A stretch of DNA of 11,771 nucleotides from an archaeon (GCA_043819075.1 JBDRFE010000023.1:1-11771), one strand, 5' to 3'. Positions 1-7,166 are shown, counted from the first letter of the stretch. Numbers and translations are program-made. Notes: a model not told the origin generated them from the sequence alone.

Positions 1-65
1 ATGTTCTTGCTTACCCCTCCAGAGAAAGGGCTATGGTAATGCAAATCAGAGTCAAATTCCTGCAT
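1..65 (-). CDS. 5' end (runs off the window) of a PHP-domain protein, endonuclease Q / TIGR00375-like
   Basis: Manual translation of the minus strand from ATG at 65-63 gives MQEFDSDLHYHSPFSGGVSKN. This is the PHP metal-binding DLHxHS motif followed by an xxSxxxSKx segment like the N-terminus of the EndoQ/TIGR00375 family. A TTAAAA box lies at 94-89. Only 21 codons are visible. Confidence 0.75.
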   Translation of the reverse strand, partial: MQEFDSDLHYHSPFSGGVSKN

Positions 66-101
66 GAAATAAAAAAGAAAAGAAATGGTTTTAACACCGC
101 C

Positions 102-129
102 CTTTTTCTTTTTTCCGAAAAAGAAAAAG
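102..129. repeat. Perfect 12-bp inverted repeat (CTTTTTCTTTTT-tccg-AAAAAGAAAAAG)
   Basis: Arms at 102-113 and 118-129 with a 4-nt loop, read directly from the sequence. It lies between two divergent genes. Confidence 0.85.
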
Positions 130-162
130 TGCAGGTTGCCCTAAAAGAAAAAAGGCTGTGAA

Positions 163-188
163 AAAATCAAAATCAAAATCATTTTAAC
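163..188 (+). promoter_or_regulatory. Putative archaeal promoter of amrS: (AAAATC)x3 followed by a TATA-like TTTTAAC
   Basis: AAAATC at 163, 169 and 175. TTTTAAC at 182-188 starts 29 nt before the ATG at 211. No SD is visible, which fits a leaderless mRNA. Confidence 0.45.
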
Positions 189-210
189 CTGTTTCAGTTA
201 CTCATTTTAT

Positions 211-1209
211 ATGAAGGAAGCATTGTTCTGGAATGCGGAAAAAGATTCTGTCAGATGCACTGCCTGCAACCGAAACTGCCTTATTCCGGAGAATTCAGCT
301 GGTTTCTGTAAAGTAAGAAAAAATGTTGGCGGAAAACTGTTTTCACTGGTTTACGGAAAAAATCTCACAAGTGAAATTGACCCAATAGAAAAAAAGCCTT
401 TATTTCATTTTCATCCTGGTTCAAATGTCTTAGGAGTAAGCACTTTTGGCTGTAATTTTTCCTGCCTTCATTGCCAGAACTATCACATCTCAAAAGAATT
501 TGATGAACAGGCTATTTCAAAAATTCCTTTCACTTCCCCTGAACAAGTAATAGAAGAAGCATTGAATGCAGGAGTTCAAGGAATTGCTTACACTTACACT
601 GAACCCACTATATTCATTGAATATGCCTTGGATATAATGAAGCTTGCAAAAAAAAACAATTTGTTTAATGTCTTTGTTTCAAACGGCTTTATGTCACAGG
701 AAGTTTTAGAGGAAAGCAAAAAATACTTGGATGCAATAAACATTGACTTAAAAGGGAATCAGGATTTTTATAAAAAAGTCTGCGGCAATGCAGACATTAA
801 CCCAGTAAAAGAAAACATTGCATGGCTTTATTCAAACAAAATCCACACAGAAATAACTTACCTCATAATCCCTTCCTTCAATGACAAAAAAGAGTTTTTT
901 GAAGAAGTCTCAGATTTCACCCTGGGTTTTTCAGATAAAATGCCATTGCATTTCACTGCCTTTTATCCAACCTATAAACTTGATTTCATTCCAAGGACTT
1001 CTCCTTTAACTGTAATGCAGGCAAAAGAAACAGCAGAAAAAAAAGGACTAAAATATGTTTATGCAGGAAACTTAAAAACAGAAGAAAATTCTTTTTGCCC
1101 TGAATGCCACAACCTCTTGATTTCAAGGTTTTACTTTAACTCTGAAATAAAAGGAATAAAACAAGGCAAATGTGTAAAGTGCGGGGCAAAAGCAGATTTT
1201 GTTTTATAA
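211..1209 (+). CDS. amrS: AmmeMemoRadiSam system radical SAM enzyme (PFL-activating-enzyme-like)
   Basis: Radical SAM CxxxCxxC motif (GCNFSCLHCQN). N-terminal CTACNRNC...GFCKVR, the family-typical IDPIEKKPLFHFHPG, AYTYTEP and NIDLKG segments, and a C-terminal CPEC...CVKC zinc ribbon. 332 aa. Confidence 0.93.
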   Translation: MKEALFWNAEKDSVRCTACNRNCLIPENSAGFCKVRKNVGGKLFSLVYGKNLTSEIDPIEKKPLFHFHPGSNVLGVSTFGCNFSCLHCQNYHISKEFDEQAISKIPFTSPEQVIEEALNAGVQGIAYTYTEPTIFIEYALDIMKLAKKNNLFNVFVSNGFMSQEVLEESKKYLDAINIDLKGNQDFYKKVCGNADINPVKENIAWLYSNKIHTEITYLIIPSFNDKKEFFEEVSDFTLGFSDKMPLHFTAFYPTYKLDFIPRTSPLTVMQAKETAEKKGLKYVYAGNLKTEENSFCPECHNLLISRFYFNSEIKGIKQGKCVKCGAKADFVL

Positions 1210-1491
1210 TACCCCTAAAAACCTTAATACAAGCATTGCGCCTATTCCGCCTAACCCAAAAATTGCTGTAATAATCAATGCAGGAATAAAAGGCAAATTT
1301 ATTCCAAAAACAAATTTAACTATTCCCAAAACAATTAAGCCTGCAATAGAGTTAACAAGGACTTTTTTTATTACCATAAAAAGGATTACTGCTGCAATAA
1401 TCAATACAATCCCTATGACTAAAACTGACGGGTCGCCGATAAAGCTGCTGGCAGTTTCTGCAGCAGTATTTGAAAGGTCTTCCAGCACCAT
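1204..1491 (-). CDS. Small integral membrane protein, pro-sigmaK processing inhibitor BofA-like family
   Basis: 95 aa with about 3 hydrophobic helices. The pattern KKVLVNSIAGLIVL...GINLP...LIITAIFGLGG resembles BofA-family proteins. Purine-rich AGGGA lies just upstream of the ATG. Overlaps the amrS 3' end convergently by 6 nt. Confidence 0.75.
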   Translation of the reverse strand: MVLEDLSNTAAETASSFIGDPSVLVIGIVLIIAAVILFMVIKKVLVNSIAGLIVLGIVKFVFGINLPFIPALIITAIFGLGGIGAMLVLRFLGVL

Positions 1492-1518
1492 TGTATCCCT
1501 ATCAATTGTTTTTTGTTG

Positions 1519-1557
1519 TCTTTAAATTCCTTTCCCTTAAGCTAAACCTTTTTAAAC
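1519..1557. promoter_or_regulatory. Back-to-back TATA-like boxes for the divergent BofA-like and wHTH genes
   Basis: TTTTTAAA at 1549-1556 starts 30 nt before ATG 1579 (+). TTTAAA at 1526-1521 lies 30-35 nt before ATG 1491 (-). Confidence 0.5.
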
Positions 1558-1578
1558 AATTTTTTGCCCTTATTTATA

Positions 1579-2214
1579 ATGCCTAAGTTCAACGAAAACC
1601 AGAAAAAAATCGCAGTTTTAATCCTGCATGAGCCAAAAACAGAAGAAGAACTAAGGGAACAGCTGAATATTCCTTATGATGAATTAATGAAGGAATTAAA
1701 GGCAATGCTCAAGTTAGGGGTAATCTCAAAAAAAGGCTATCCTACAAAATACTCTTTGAAAAAAGAAATTTATGATGCAGTGAGGAAGAGAAAAGTGATT
1801 GCAGAAACAGACAAAAACAAGTTAAGGTTAAGAGTTAATATTGAAGTTCAGGCAATATCTGAAAGCCTTCTCAAAAAACAGCTGGATGATATCCAGAAAA
1901 CAATAAAAAAAGAACAGGATTTCACAATATACGATGTGTTTGAAGCCAAGCCATTACAGCAAGGCGAACACTATTCTTCTTACTTGGATGTAAACCTTTC
2001 AGTAAGAGACTTTCATTCTTTAATGAAATTAATGTTTTTGTACGGCCCAAGCTCAGTTGAAGTATTAAAGCCGGAAAAACTGGATTTCAGTGCAGGGGAA
2101 CTGCAAGACGGATTAGTCTTGATTTCAGAGATAGTGCATTCTTACACTGAATTCGTTGCAAGCAGATTAAATAAAGAAGAACTTGAAGACTTCAACAAAA
2201 GGTTATACGAATAA
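1579..2214 (+). CDS. Putative DNA-binding protein: N-terminal winged helix (TrmB/ArsR-like) fused to a conserved archaeal domain of unknown function
   Basis: ATG 1579 is preferred over TTG 1564 because of TATA spacing. Residues ~8-60 (IAVLILHEPKTEEELREQLNIPYDELMKELKAMLKLGVISKKGYPTKYSL) fit a wHTH. The C-terminal part (IEVQA...YSSYLDVNL...LMFLYGPSSVEVLKPEKL...LQDGL) matches from memory a widespread archaeal hypothetical family with a YxPSSxExxxP motif. Confidence 0.75.
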   Translation: MPKFNENQKKIAVLILHEPKTEEELREQLNIPYDELMKELKAMLKLGVISKKGYPTKYSLKKEIYDAVRKRKVIAETDKNKLRLRVNIEVQAISESLLKKQLDDIQKTIKKEQDFTIYDVFEAKPLQQGEHYSSYLDVNLSVRDFHSLMKLMFLYGPSSVEVLKPEKLDFSAGELQDGLVLISEIVHSYTEFVASRLNKEELEDFNKRLYE

Positions 2215-2233
2215 AAAAAAGGACTTTTTTTTT
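2213..2233 (+). terminator. Oligo-T terminator candidate (A8-GGAC-T9)
   Basis: T9 run at 2225-2233, just after the TAA at 2212-2214. The A-run and T-run can pair. Confidence 0.5.
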
Positions 2234-2356
2234 AAGGTGAATTTTCCATGAAAACAACAAAAAAACTCTTTCGTCAATACACGAACCAAAATTCAACGAT
2301 TCCCCAAAAAAAGCCCTTATCTGGCTGTTTTAGGGCGTTTTCTTTGTTTTCCAAAA

Positions 2357-2374
2357 CAGAAACCTATTTAAATA
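2357..2374 (+). promoter_or_regulatory. BRE + TATA box of the S-layer gene
   Basis: CAGAAA at 2357-2362 followed by consensus TTTAAATA at 2367-2374. This predicts a TSS near 2394-2397 and a leader of about 95 nt. Confidence 0.6.
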
Positions 2375-2474
2375 AAACATTATATTCAATATTAGAGCCT
2401 TTGGTTAAAGGACTGTATCCTTTGTATGGAATTCAGCTTCAATTTAAGGGTTCTTTTTTTTGATTTCAAATCGT

Positions 2475-2481
2475 GAGGTGA
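2475..2481 (+). promoter_or_regulatory. Shine-Dalgarno site of the S-layer gene
   Basis: GAGGTGA ends 8 nt before ATG 2490 and matches the archaeal SD consensus. Confidence 0.85.
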
Positions 2482-2489
2482 AATAAAAC

Positions 2490-5306
2490 ATGAGAAATCT
2501 GAACATAAAAAAGCTCGTTGCAGTTGCAGCCGGAGTAGCTTTAGTTGGAAGCGCTCTGGCACCAATGGCTTCAGCAATCTCTTTGGAAAAATCAGATTTG
2601 ATTAGTTCAACTGGTTCTCCAATAGTTGATGTTGTAGTCGGAAAAAACGCAGCTGTAAGCGACGCAGTATGGGCAGGAAACATTGCAGTAGCAGTGGGAC
2701 AGAAAGCCTATACAGATAGCCAAGTAGCAGTTGGCGCAGCAGATTGTTCAGGAGGAGCAACCCCTTCAGTAACAGGTTTGACTGTTGACTTAAGTGTCGG
2801 CGGAACAACCTCTGTCTCAGGAGGAAAAACCTTCTTCAACGACATGTATTCAGGAACAACTGCACAGGAAGCAAACTTTAACAACCAGTCTGTGACAGAA
2901 GCAAGTGTACCTTCACTGTACTACAATGGTTCAAAAAGCTACACTTATAACGGAACAGCTTATACAACCGCAATACAGGAAAGGCTTTACTTTACAGCAG
3001 ACATAAAGTTTGATGAAGTAACAAACAAGGCTTTGGTTGCAGAAATAACTTCAGGAAACCTGAAATACAACCTAAACTTAGGTTCAGGAATTCCAAGATA
3101 CGAAGTTTTAACTGGAACAACAAACTTCTCTGACGACGGAAACGACAATGTAAGGATTCCAATGTTTGGAACAGACTACCTTGTAAAAAGCATTACAACA
3201 ACTTACATTGAGTTAATCCAGACATCAGGGGAAACACAGTACTCTGAAGGAGACAGAATATCTGACTTAGAAGGGTATGACGGAGAAAAATACTATGTTG
3301 AAATAGGTCCTGGCGGAACAGTTGGTTCAACTCAAAAGATCACCCTGTCTTTGTATAAAGAAGACGGAACTTTAGTGAAGACCTCTTTGTTCGGAACAGG
3401 CGATGTAGTATTCTATTCAGACGACACAGGACAGTCAATTGTAAGCACTTTAGTCAACATCAGTGAAATCCTGAAAACAGTTGTCTCTGACGCAGAAGTC
3501 TATACCCCAACAATTCTTGTAGGAAGTTCAAGAATTCTGTTATACACAGACAAAGGATATCCGTATGACTCAACCAAGCAAGACGACACATATGACTGGG
3601 AAGTCAAATTAAACTTCGACGGAAACTACTTGAAAGACATTAACATCCAGAACAAGTCAAAATACGACTTTGTCGGAACAGATGCCTTGAAAGTAGGCGA
3701 AGAAGCAGCATTCCCTAATTCAGTTGGAGCAATAAAGTTCCTTGGATTACAGCTACCTGGGTTTTCTGGAGTCTCAAAAACCGAGAGAACAACAGTAGTT
3801 GAAGTCAAAGACGGTGTCTTGAAGTACAAAGACGCAACTTACGAAGCAACCCACACACTTCCATTATACACATTTGAACAAGCAATGTCAGATGAAGGAA
3901 CAGCAACATCATCAATAGATGGAAAAACAATCTGGTATAAAATAAATACCACAGACACAAACCTTTTAAGTAACACTTCAGCTGACGGTTCAGGAACAGG
4001 CTATGGTTGTGTTGGTGACTTAAACTACATCAACGGAGAAATGGTTTCTGTAAGGGATGTAAACATGATAGGTGCCATCAAGCATGCAATAATCAACGGA
4101 ACAGATATTAACGTTGGCGTGAGAATTGACATCAATGGAATGGACTTCAAATTGTCAGGATTGTCAAACGACTCAAACTGTGTTTACCTGACAGCAGACG
4201 GAAACATGACCTTTAGAAAAGACACTTCAAGCGGAACAAAAATACAGGACATCTACTATGTTGATGCAAACTACTCTGACGACGCTCCAATAACCTTTGA
4301 AGGAGGAAGTTCAATAAACCACAACTATGAGTGGATGATTGACGAAGTGGGTTCAACAGCAAGAGTTTGGCTGTTCTTTGATGCACAGGCTTTAACCACA
4401 CAATACACAAAACACATAAACTTCATTGGAACAGACACTTTAGAAGACATGAACTTCACTGGTTCAGCAGCAGTCCAGACAACATCACAGGGAATTGGCA
4501 GCTACCAGTTCTACTTGCCGCACAGCCAGTATTTGCCGGCTGCAATGGAAGGAGACACAAACTATAGTTCAAGCGAGTACTTTGTCTCAATGTTCAGAAT
4601 TGACGAAGACGAAGACAGCGTATACGACATGAACTTCTTTGTGGACACAGGAACAGGCAACTTAATTGCATTGCCTAACACCCAGTTGTCAACTTACAGC
4701 TATGAGGCAGACTACAACAACGGAGTAAAGTATGTAAGTGAAAGCACTACAGCAACTTATCCGTCAAAAGCCTACACTGACTTTGGTTCATACATTGAGT
4801 TGTCAAGCCACAACTACAAGATGACTATACCAGAGAACAGGCCACAAGCTGAAGTCTTAGTCTCTGGAACAGGAACAACTACAACTGTTTCAGGCGGAGA
4901 AGACTTGACAATAGCTGAAGGACAATCAGGGTCAACCACAGGCGGAACAAAAGTAACTGTCACTAAAATCAACTATAACGCAACTTGTTCAGGCGGAACA
5001 GGAACCGGCTCAGGAAGCTGTACTGTAACACCAACAGCTTACAAGAACCTGAAATCAGCAGGCAACCTGGTAACAACTGACACCAGCCCATCAGCTTCAA
5101 CTCACATAATAGTTGGTGGATGGAAAGTCAACAGCTTGGCACAAGGAGTCTTAGTTGGCGGACAGACACTGAAAGACCTCTTGACTAGTTCAGGAGACAC
5201 TGTAGTTGAGAAAACCGACAGTGGAGACATCATTGTTGCAGGTTACAATAAAGCTGACACAATGAACGCCGCAATGGAATTAATCAACGCAATAGAAAAC
5301 CTTTAA
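2490..5306 (+). CDS. S-layer (glyco)protein, S_layer_N/S_layer_C type, 938 aa
   Basis: Signal peptide MRNLNIKKLVAVAAGVALVGSALAPMASA. N-terminal motif VVVGKNAAVSDAVWAGNIA and C-terminal motifs IIVGGWKVNSLA and IIVAGYNKADTMNAA, typical of Methanococcales/Thermococcales/DPANN S-layer proteins. Rich in T/S/G/D/Y, with 15 N-x-S/T sequons, a strong SD, a terminator and C-ending codon bias (AAC/GAC/TAC). Confidence 0.92.
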   Translation: MRNLNIKKLVAVAAGVALVGSALAPMASAISLEKSDLISSTGSPIVDVVVGKNAAVSDAVWAGNIAVAVGQKAYTDSQVAVGAADCSGGATPSVTGLTVDLSVGGTTSVSGGKTFFNDMYSGTTAQEANFNNQSVTEASVPSLYYNGSKSYTYNGTAYTTAIQERLYFTADIKFDEVTNKALVAEITSGNLKYNLNLGSGIPRYEVLTGTTNFSDDGNDNVRIPMFGTDYLVKSITTTYIELIQTSGETQYSEGDRISDLEGYDGEKYYVEIGPGGTVGSTQKITLSLYKEDGTLVKTSLFGTGDVVFYSDDTGQSIVSTLVNISEILKTVVSDAEVYTPTILVGSSRILLYTDKGYPYDSTKQDDTYDWEVKLNFDGNYLKDINIQNKSKYDFVGTDALKVGEEAAFPNSVGAIKFLGLQLPGFSGVSKTERTTVVEVKDGVLKYKDATYEATHTLPLYTFEQAMSDEGTATSSIDGKTIWYKINTTDTNLLSNTSADGSGTGYGCVGDLNYINGEMVSVRDVNMIGAIKHAIINGTDINVGVRIDINGMDFKLSGLSNDSNCVYLTADGNMTFRKDTSSGTKIQDIYYVDANYSDDAPITFEGGSSINHNYEWMIDEVGSTARVWLFFDAQALTTQYTKHINFIGTDTLEDMNFTGSAAVQTTSQGIGSYQFYLPHSQYLPAAMEGDTNYSSSEYFVSMFRIDEDEDSVYDMNFFVDTGTGNLIALPNTQLSTYSYEADYNNGVKYVSESTTATYPSKAYTDFGSYIELSSHNYKMTIPENRPQAEVLVSGTGTTTTVSGGEDLTIAEGQSGSTTGGTKVTVTKINYNATCSGGTGTGSGSCTVTPTAYKNLKSAGNLVTTDTSPSASTHIIVGGWKVNSLAQGVLVGGQTLKDLLTSSGDTVVEKTDSGDIIVAGYNKADTMNAAMELINAIENL

Positions 5307-5313
5307 ATAAATC

Positions 5314-5348
5314 AGTAGGGTTATCCCTACTCCTTTTTCTTTTTTTTT
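5314..5348 (+). terminator. Hairpin + poly-T terminator after the S-layer gene
   Basis: AGTAGGG-ttat-CCCTACT (5314-5331, 7-bp stem), then CC, T5, C, T9. Confidence 0.85.
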
Positions 5349-5369
5349 AACGCAATCCAAAAATCATTA

Positions 5370-5537
5370 TTTTTTGTTTTTAATTAATCATTTTTTTTAT
5401 TCTTTTTTTGTTTTTTTCTGTTTGATTCGGCTTTGCTTGATTTTATCCTGTTTTTTTTAATTTTTTGTTTTGCTTTTTTTCTGTTGTTTTTTCTTTTAAG
5501 GTGTTTTGCTTGCTGATTAGGTTTCTTTAAATTTTTT
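5370..5537. repeat. Low-complexity T-rich intergenic tract
   Basis: 79 of 110 bases at 5391-5500 are T by manual count, with many T5-T8 runs. Confidence 0.7.
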
Positions 5538-5555
5538 TTGCCTGGATTTATTTGT

Positions 5556-6173
5556 ATGGAAAGAAACAATTTAATTGCAATAATCCTTGTTTTGCTGATT
5601 TTTGTTTCAGCCGGAGCCTATTTTTTTTATCCCACAAAAGAATTCAAGTATTCAGAGGAAATCAACGGAATAATGTTTTACTCCAATTCTTTTTCTTCCC
5701 CGCAAAAATATTTTTCTGAGACAGTAAGGGAAAGGGACAGCTTTATGATTGTGTCAGAACTTGACTCAAAAAAGGAAAACATTGCCATTGTTTCAAGCCA
5801 GATTGCACTGGCTTCAGGAATTCTTTCTGCTACAGGAAAATTTGTTTCTTCTGTTGTAATTGTTTTGGATGAAAAAAACCAAGTTGATTACTGCCAGACA
5901 AACTTTGGCAGCACGTCAACCAATGAACAGCTTACAAAAAGGCAGTGCGACAACTTGATTGAGAATTCAAGTGAATTCAAGTTCATAATAAAATCTCCTG
6001 ATGCATCTTTATCAAAGCCTGTGGTTGAATTATACAATAACTCTGTTGTAATAATGCCTGTAAAAAGCGATGAAAGCATTGTTGTTTTGCAGATGTTATT
6101 CACTGCAATGTATAATAATTCAGCTGAAATTATTGACAGGATAAACAACATTTTGGGTTCGGTTACAGGCTGA
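5556..6173 (+). CDS. Hypothetical membrane-anchored (probably extracellular) protein
   Basis: ATG 5556 is preferred over TTG 5538 because TTTAAATT at 5526-5533 starts 30 nt upstream. Single N-terminal TM helix (LIAIILVLLIFVSAGAYFFY), one Cys pair (YCQTN...QCDN) and three sequons (NSS, NNS, NNS). No family recognised. Confidence 0.8.
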   Translation: MERNNLIAIILVLLIFVSAGAYFFYPTKEFKYSEEINGIMFYSNSFSSPQKYFSETVRERDSFMIVSELDSKKENIAIVSSQIALASGILSATGKFVSSVVIVLDEKNQVDYCQTNFGSTSTNEQLTKRQCDNLIENSSEFKFIIKSPDASLSKPVVELYNNSVVIMPVKSDESIVVLQMLFTAMYNNSAEIIDRINNILGSVTG

Positions 6174-6188
6174 ACAAGGTTTTTTTTT

Positions 6189-7166
6189 ATGAAAGATTTT
6201 ATCAAGAATTCTGTTGTTTCGCTGATTTTTTTTGTAGTAGTAATTACAGTTGTGTTGTTGTGGACTAATGCCCATATTGAACTGCTTAAAATCAACTGGA
6301 TTTATTTTATTATAGCATGTTTTTTGTTCTTGTTTTCTGTTTTCATCTGGCTTATTTCCTGGGCGTATCTGATAAAAAAACGTTCGAGTGTCAGCTACAA
6401 CAATTTGTTTATTATCGGATTCAGCTCACTGTATGGCGCTTTAACTCCTGTGCAGTTCGGTGCAGAAGCACTGCGTTCAATGAAGTTAAAGAGTTTTTTC
6501 AAGATTCCGTACAATGAATCAATTTCTTCTTCAATGATTGTGAAAGGGACAAAATTCATTATTCTTGCAATTTTTTTTATTTTTATTTTAATGTTTTTTA
6601 TTTCAAAAGCTGAACTGAGTTCAGTGATGTTTTTTGCCTTGTTCAGCGGCTTTTTTGTGATTGCCGTGGCAGCACTTTTTTTTGTTCTTCCCTTGAGCAG
6701 GAGATGCAATTTAGTTATAACTTCTTTTTTCAGGTTTCTTTCAAAAAACATTCCTTTGTTTGCTTACTTTGAAAAATTTTTTGTGGCATATTCTGTTAAC
6801 CTGAGAAATCTCACCCTTAATTCTTTTATGATTGTGTTTGCAATATCAATTGTTTCTTATTTATTTGAATTCCTTGCCTTTAACTTCTGCTTTTCTTCTG
6901 TTGGAGTGTTAATTGATTTTGTCCCGCTGCTTGTATTGTTTGTTGTTATTTCTGTTCTGGAAAGGACTCCGTTTCTTCCAAGAGGCATTGGATTGGTTGA
7001 ATTTGTTGGCTTAACGTTTTTGTCTATTCCATGGTTTGTGAATGAAAGCCTTTCATTGCCTGAAATTGGGGCAGTATTAATTGTGTTTGATTTTGTCAGG
7101 CTGGTTATTCCGACAATTTTCAGCCTGATTATTGGGGCTGTTTTCAGGATTGAAATCAGGGAATAA
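6189..7166 (+). CDS. Lysylphosphatidylglycerol-synthase TM-domain / UPF0104 (AglD-like) flippase-like membrane protein
   Basis: 325-aa polytopic protein with about 8 TM segments. Family-like motifs W(AYL), GALTPVQFGAEALR, TPFLPRGIGLVE and a terminal FDFVRLV. Confidence 0.8.
   Translation: MKDFIKNSVVSLIFFVVVITVVLLWTNAHIELLKINWIYFIIACFLFLFSVFIWLISWAYLIKKRSSVSYNNLFIIGFSSLYGALTPVQFGAEALRSMKLKSFFKIPYNESISSSMIVKGTKFIILAIFFIFILMFFISKAELSSVMFFALFSGFFVIAVAALFFVLPLSRRCNLVITSFFRFLSKNIPLFAYFEKFFVAYSVNLRNLTLNSFMIVFAISIVSYLFEFLAFNFCFSSVGVLIDFVPLLVLFVVISVLERTPFLPRGIGLVEFVGLTFLSIPWFVNESLSLPEIGAVLIVFDFVRLVIPTIFSLIIGAVFRIEIRE

Noticed and set aside
59..135. Possible ncRNA or riboswitch closed by CCTGCAT/GTGCAGG pairing
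   Set aside because: Only 7 bp, overlaps the minus-strand start codon, competes with the 102-129 hairpin for G129, and matches no RNA family I recognise.
3..161. Open + strand frame (VLAYPSRERAMVMQ...KEKRL*) that could be the 3' end of an upstream gene
   Set aside because: It is the codon-aligned antisense of the PHP/EndoQ-like start, which carries a recognisable motif, and it runs through palindromic low-complexity DNA.
1199..1525. 108-aa + strand ORF
   Set aside because: Antisense shadow of the BofA-like gene; its I/T/P/K-rich composition is typical of the reverse of a hydrophobic gene.
2392..4410. Minus-strand ORFs 2392-2577, 2444-2683, 2602-2808, 3626-3829 and 4213-4410
   Set aside because: Short antisense shadows of the S-layer gene and its leader, with no motifs.
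2490..5306. S-layer gene as a horizontally acquired island, since it looks GC-richer than its flanks
   Set aside because: The shift follows amino-acid composition and C-ending codons typical of highly expressed genes. No integrase, transposase or flanking direct repeats are visible.
5349..5537. Replication origin / DNA-unwinding element at the switch from A-rich to T-rich + strand
   Set aside because: No ORB-like repeats with G-strings and no orc1/cdc6 in the window. The skew change is largely explained by gene orientation and membrane-protein composition.
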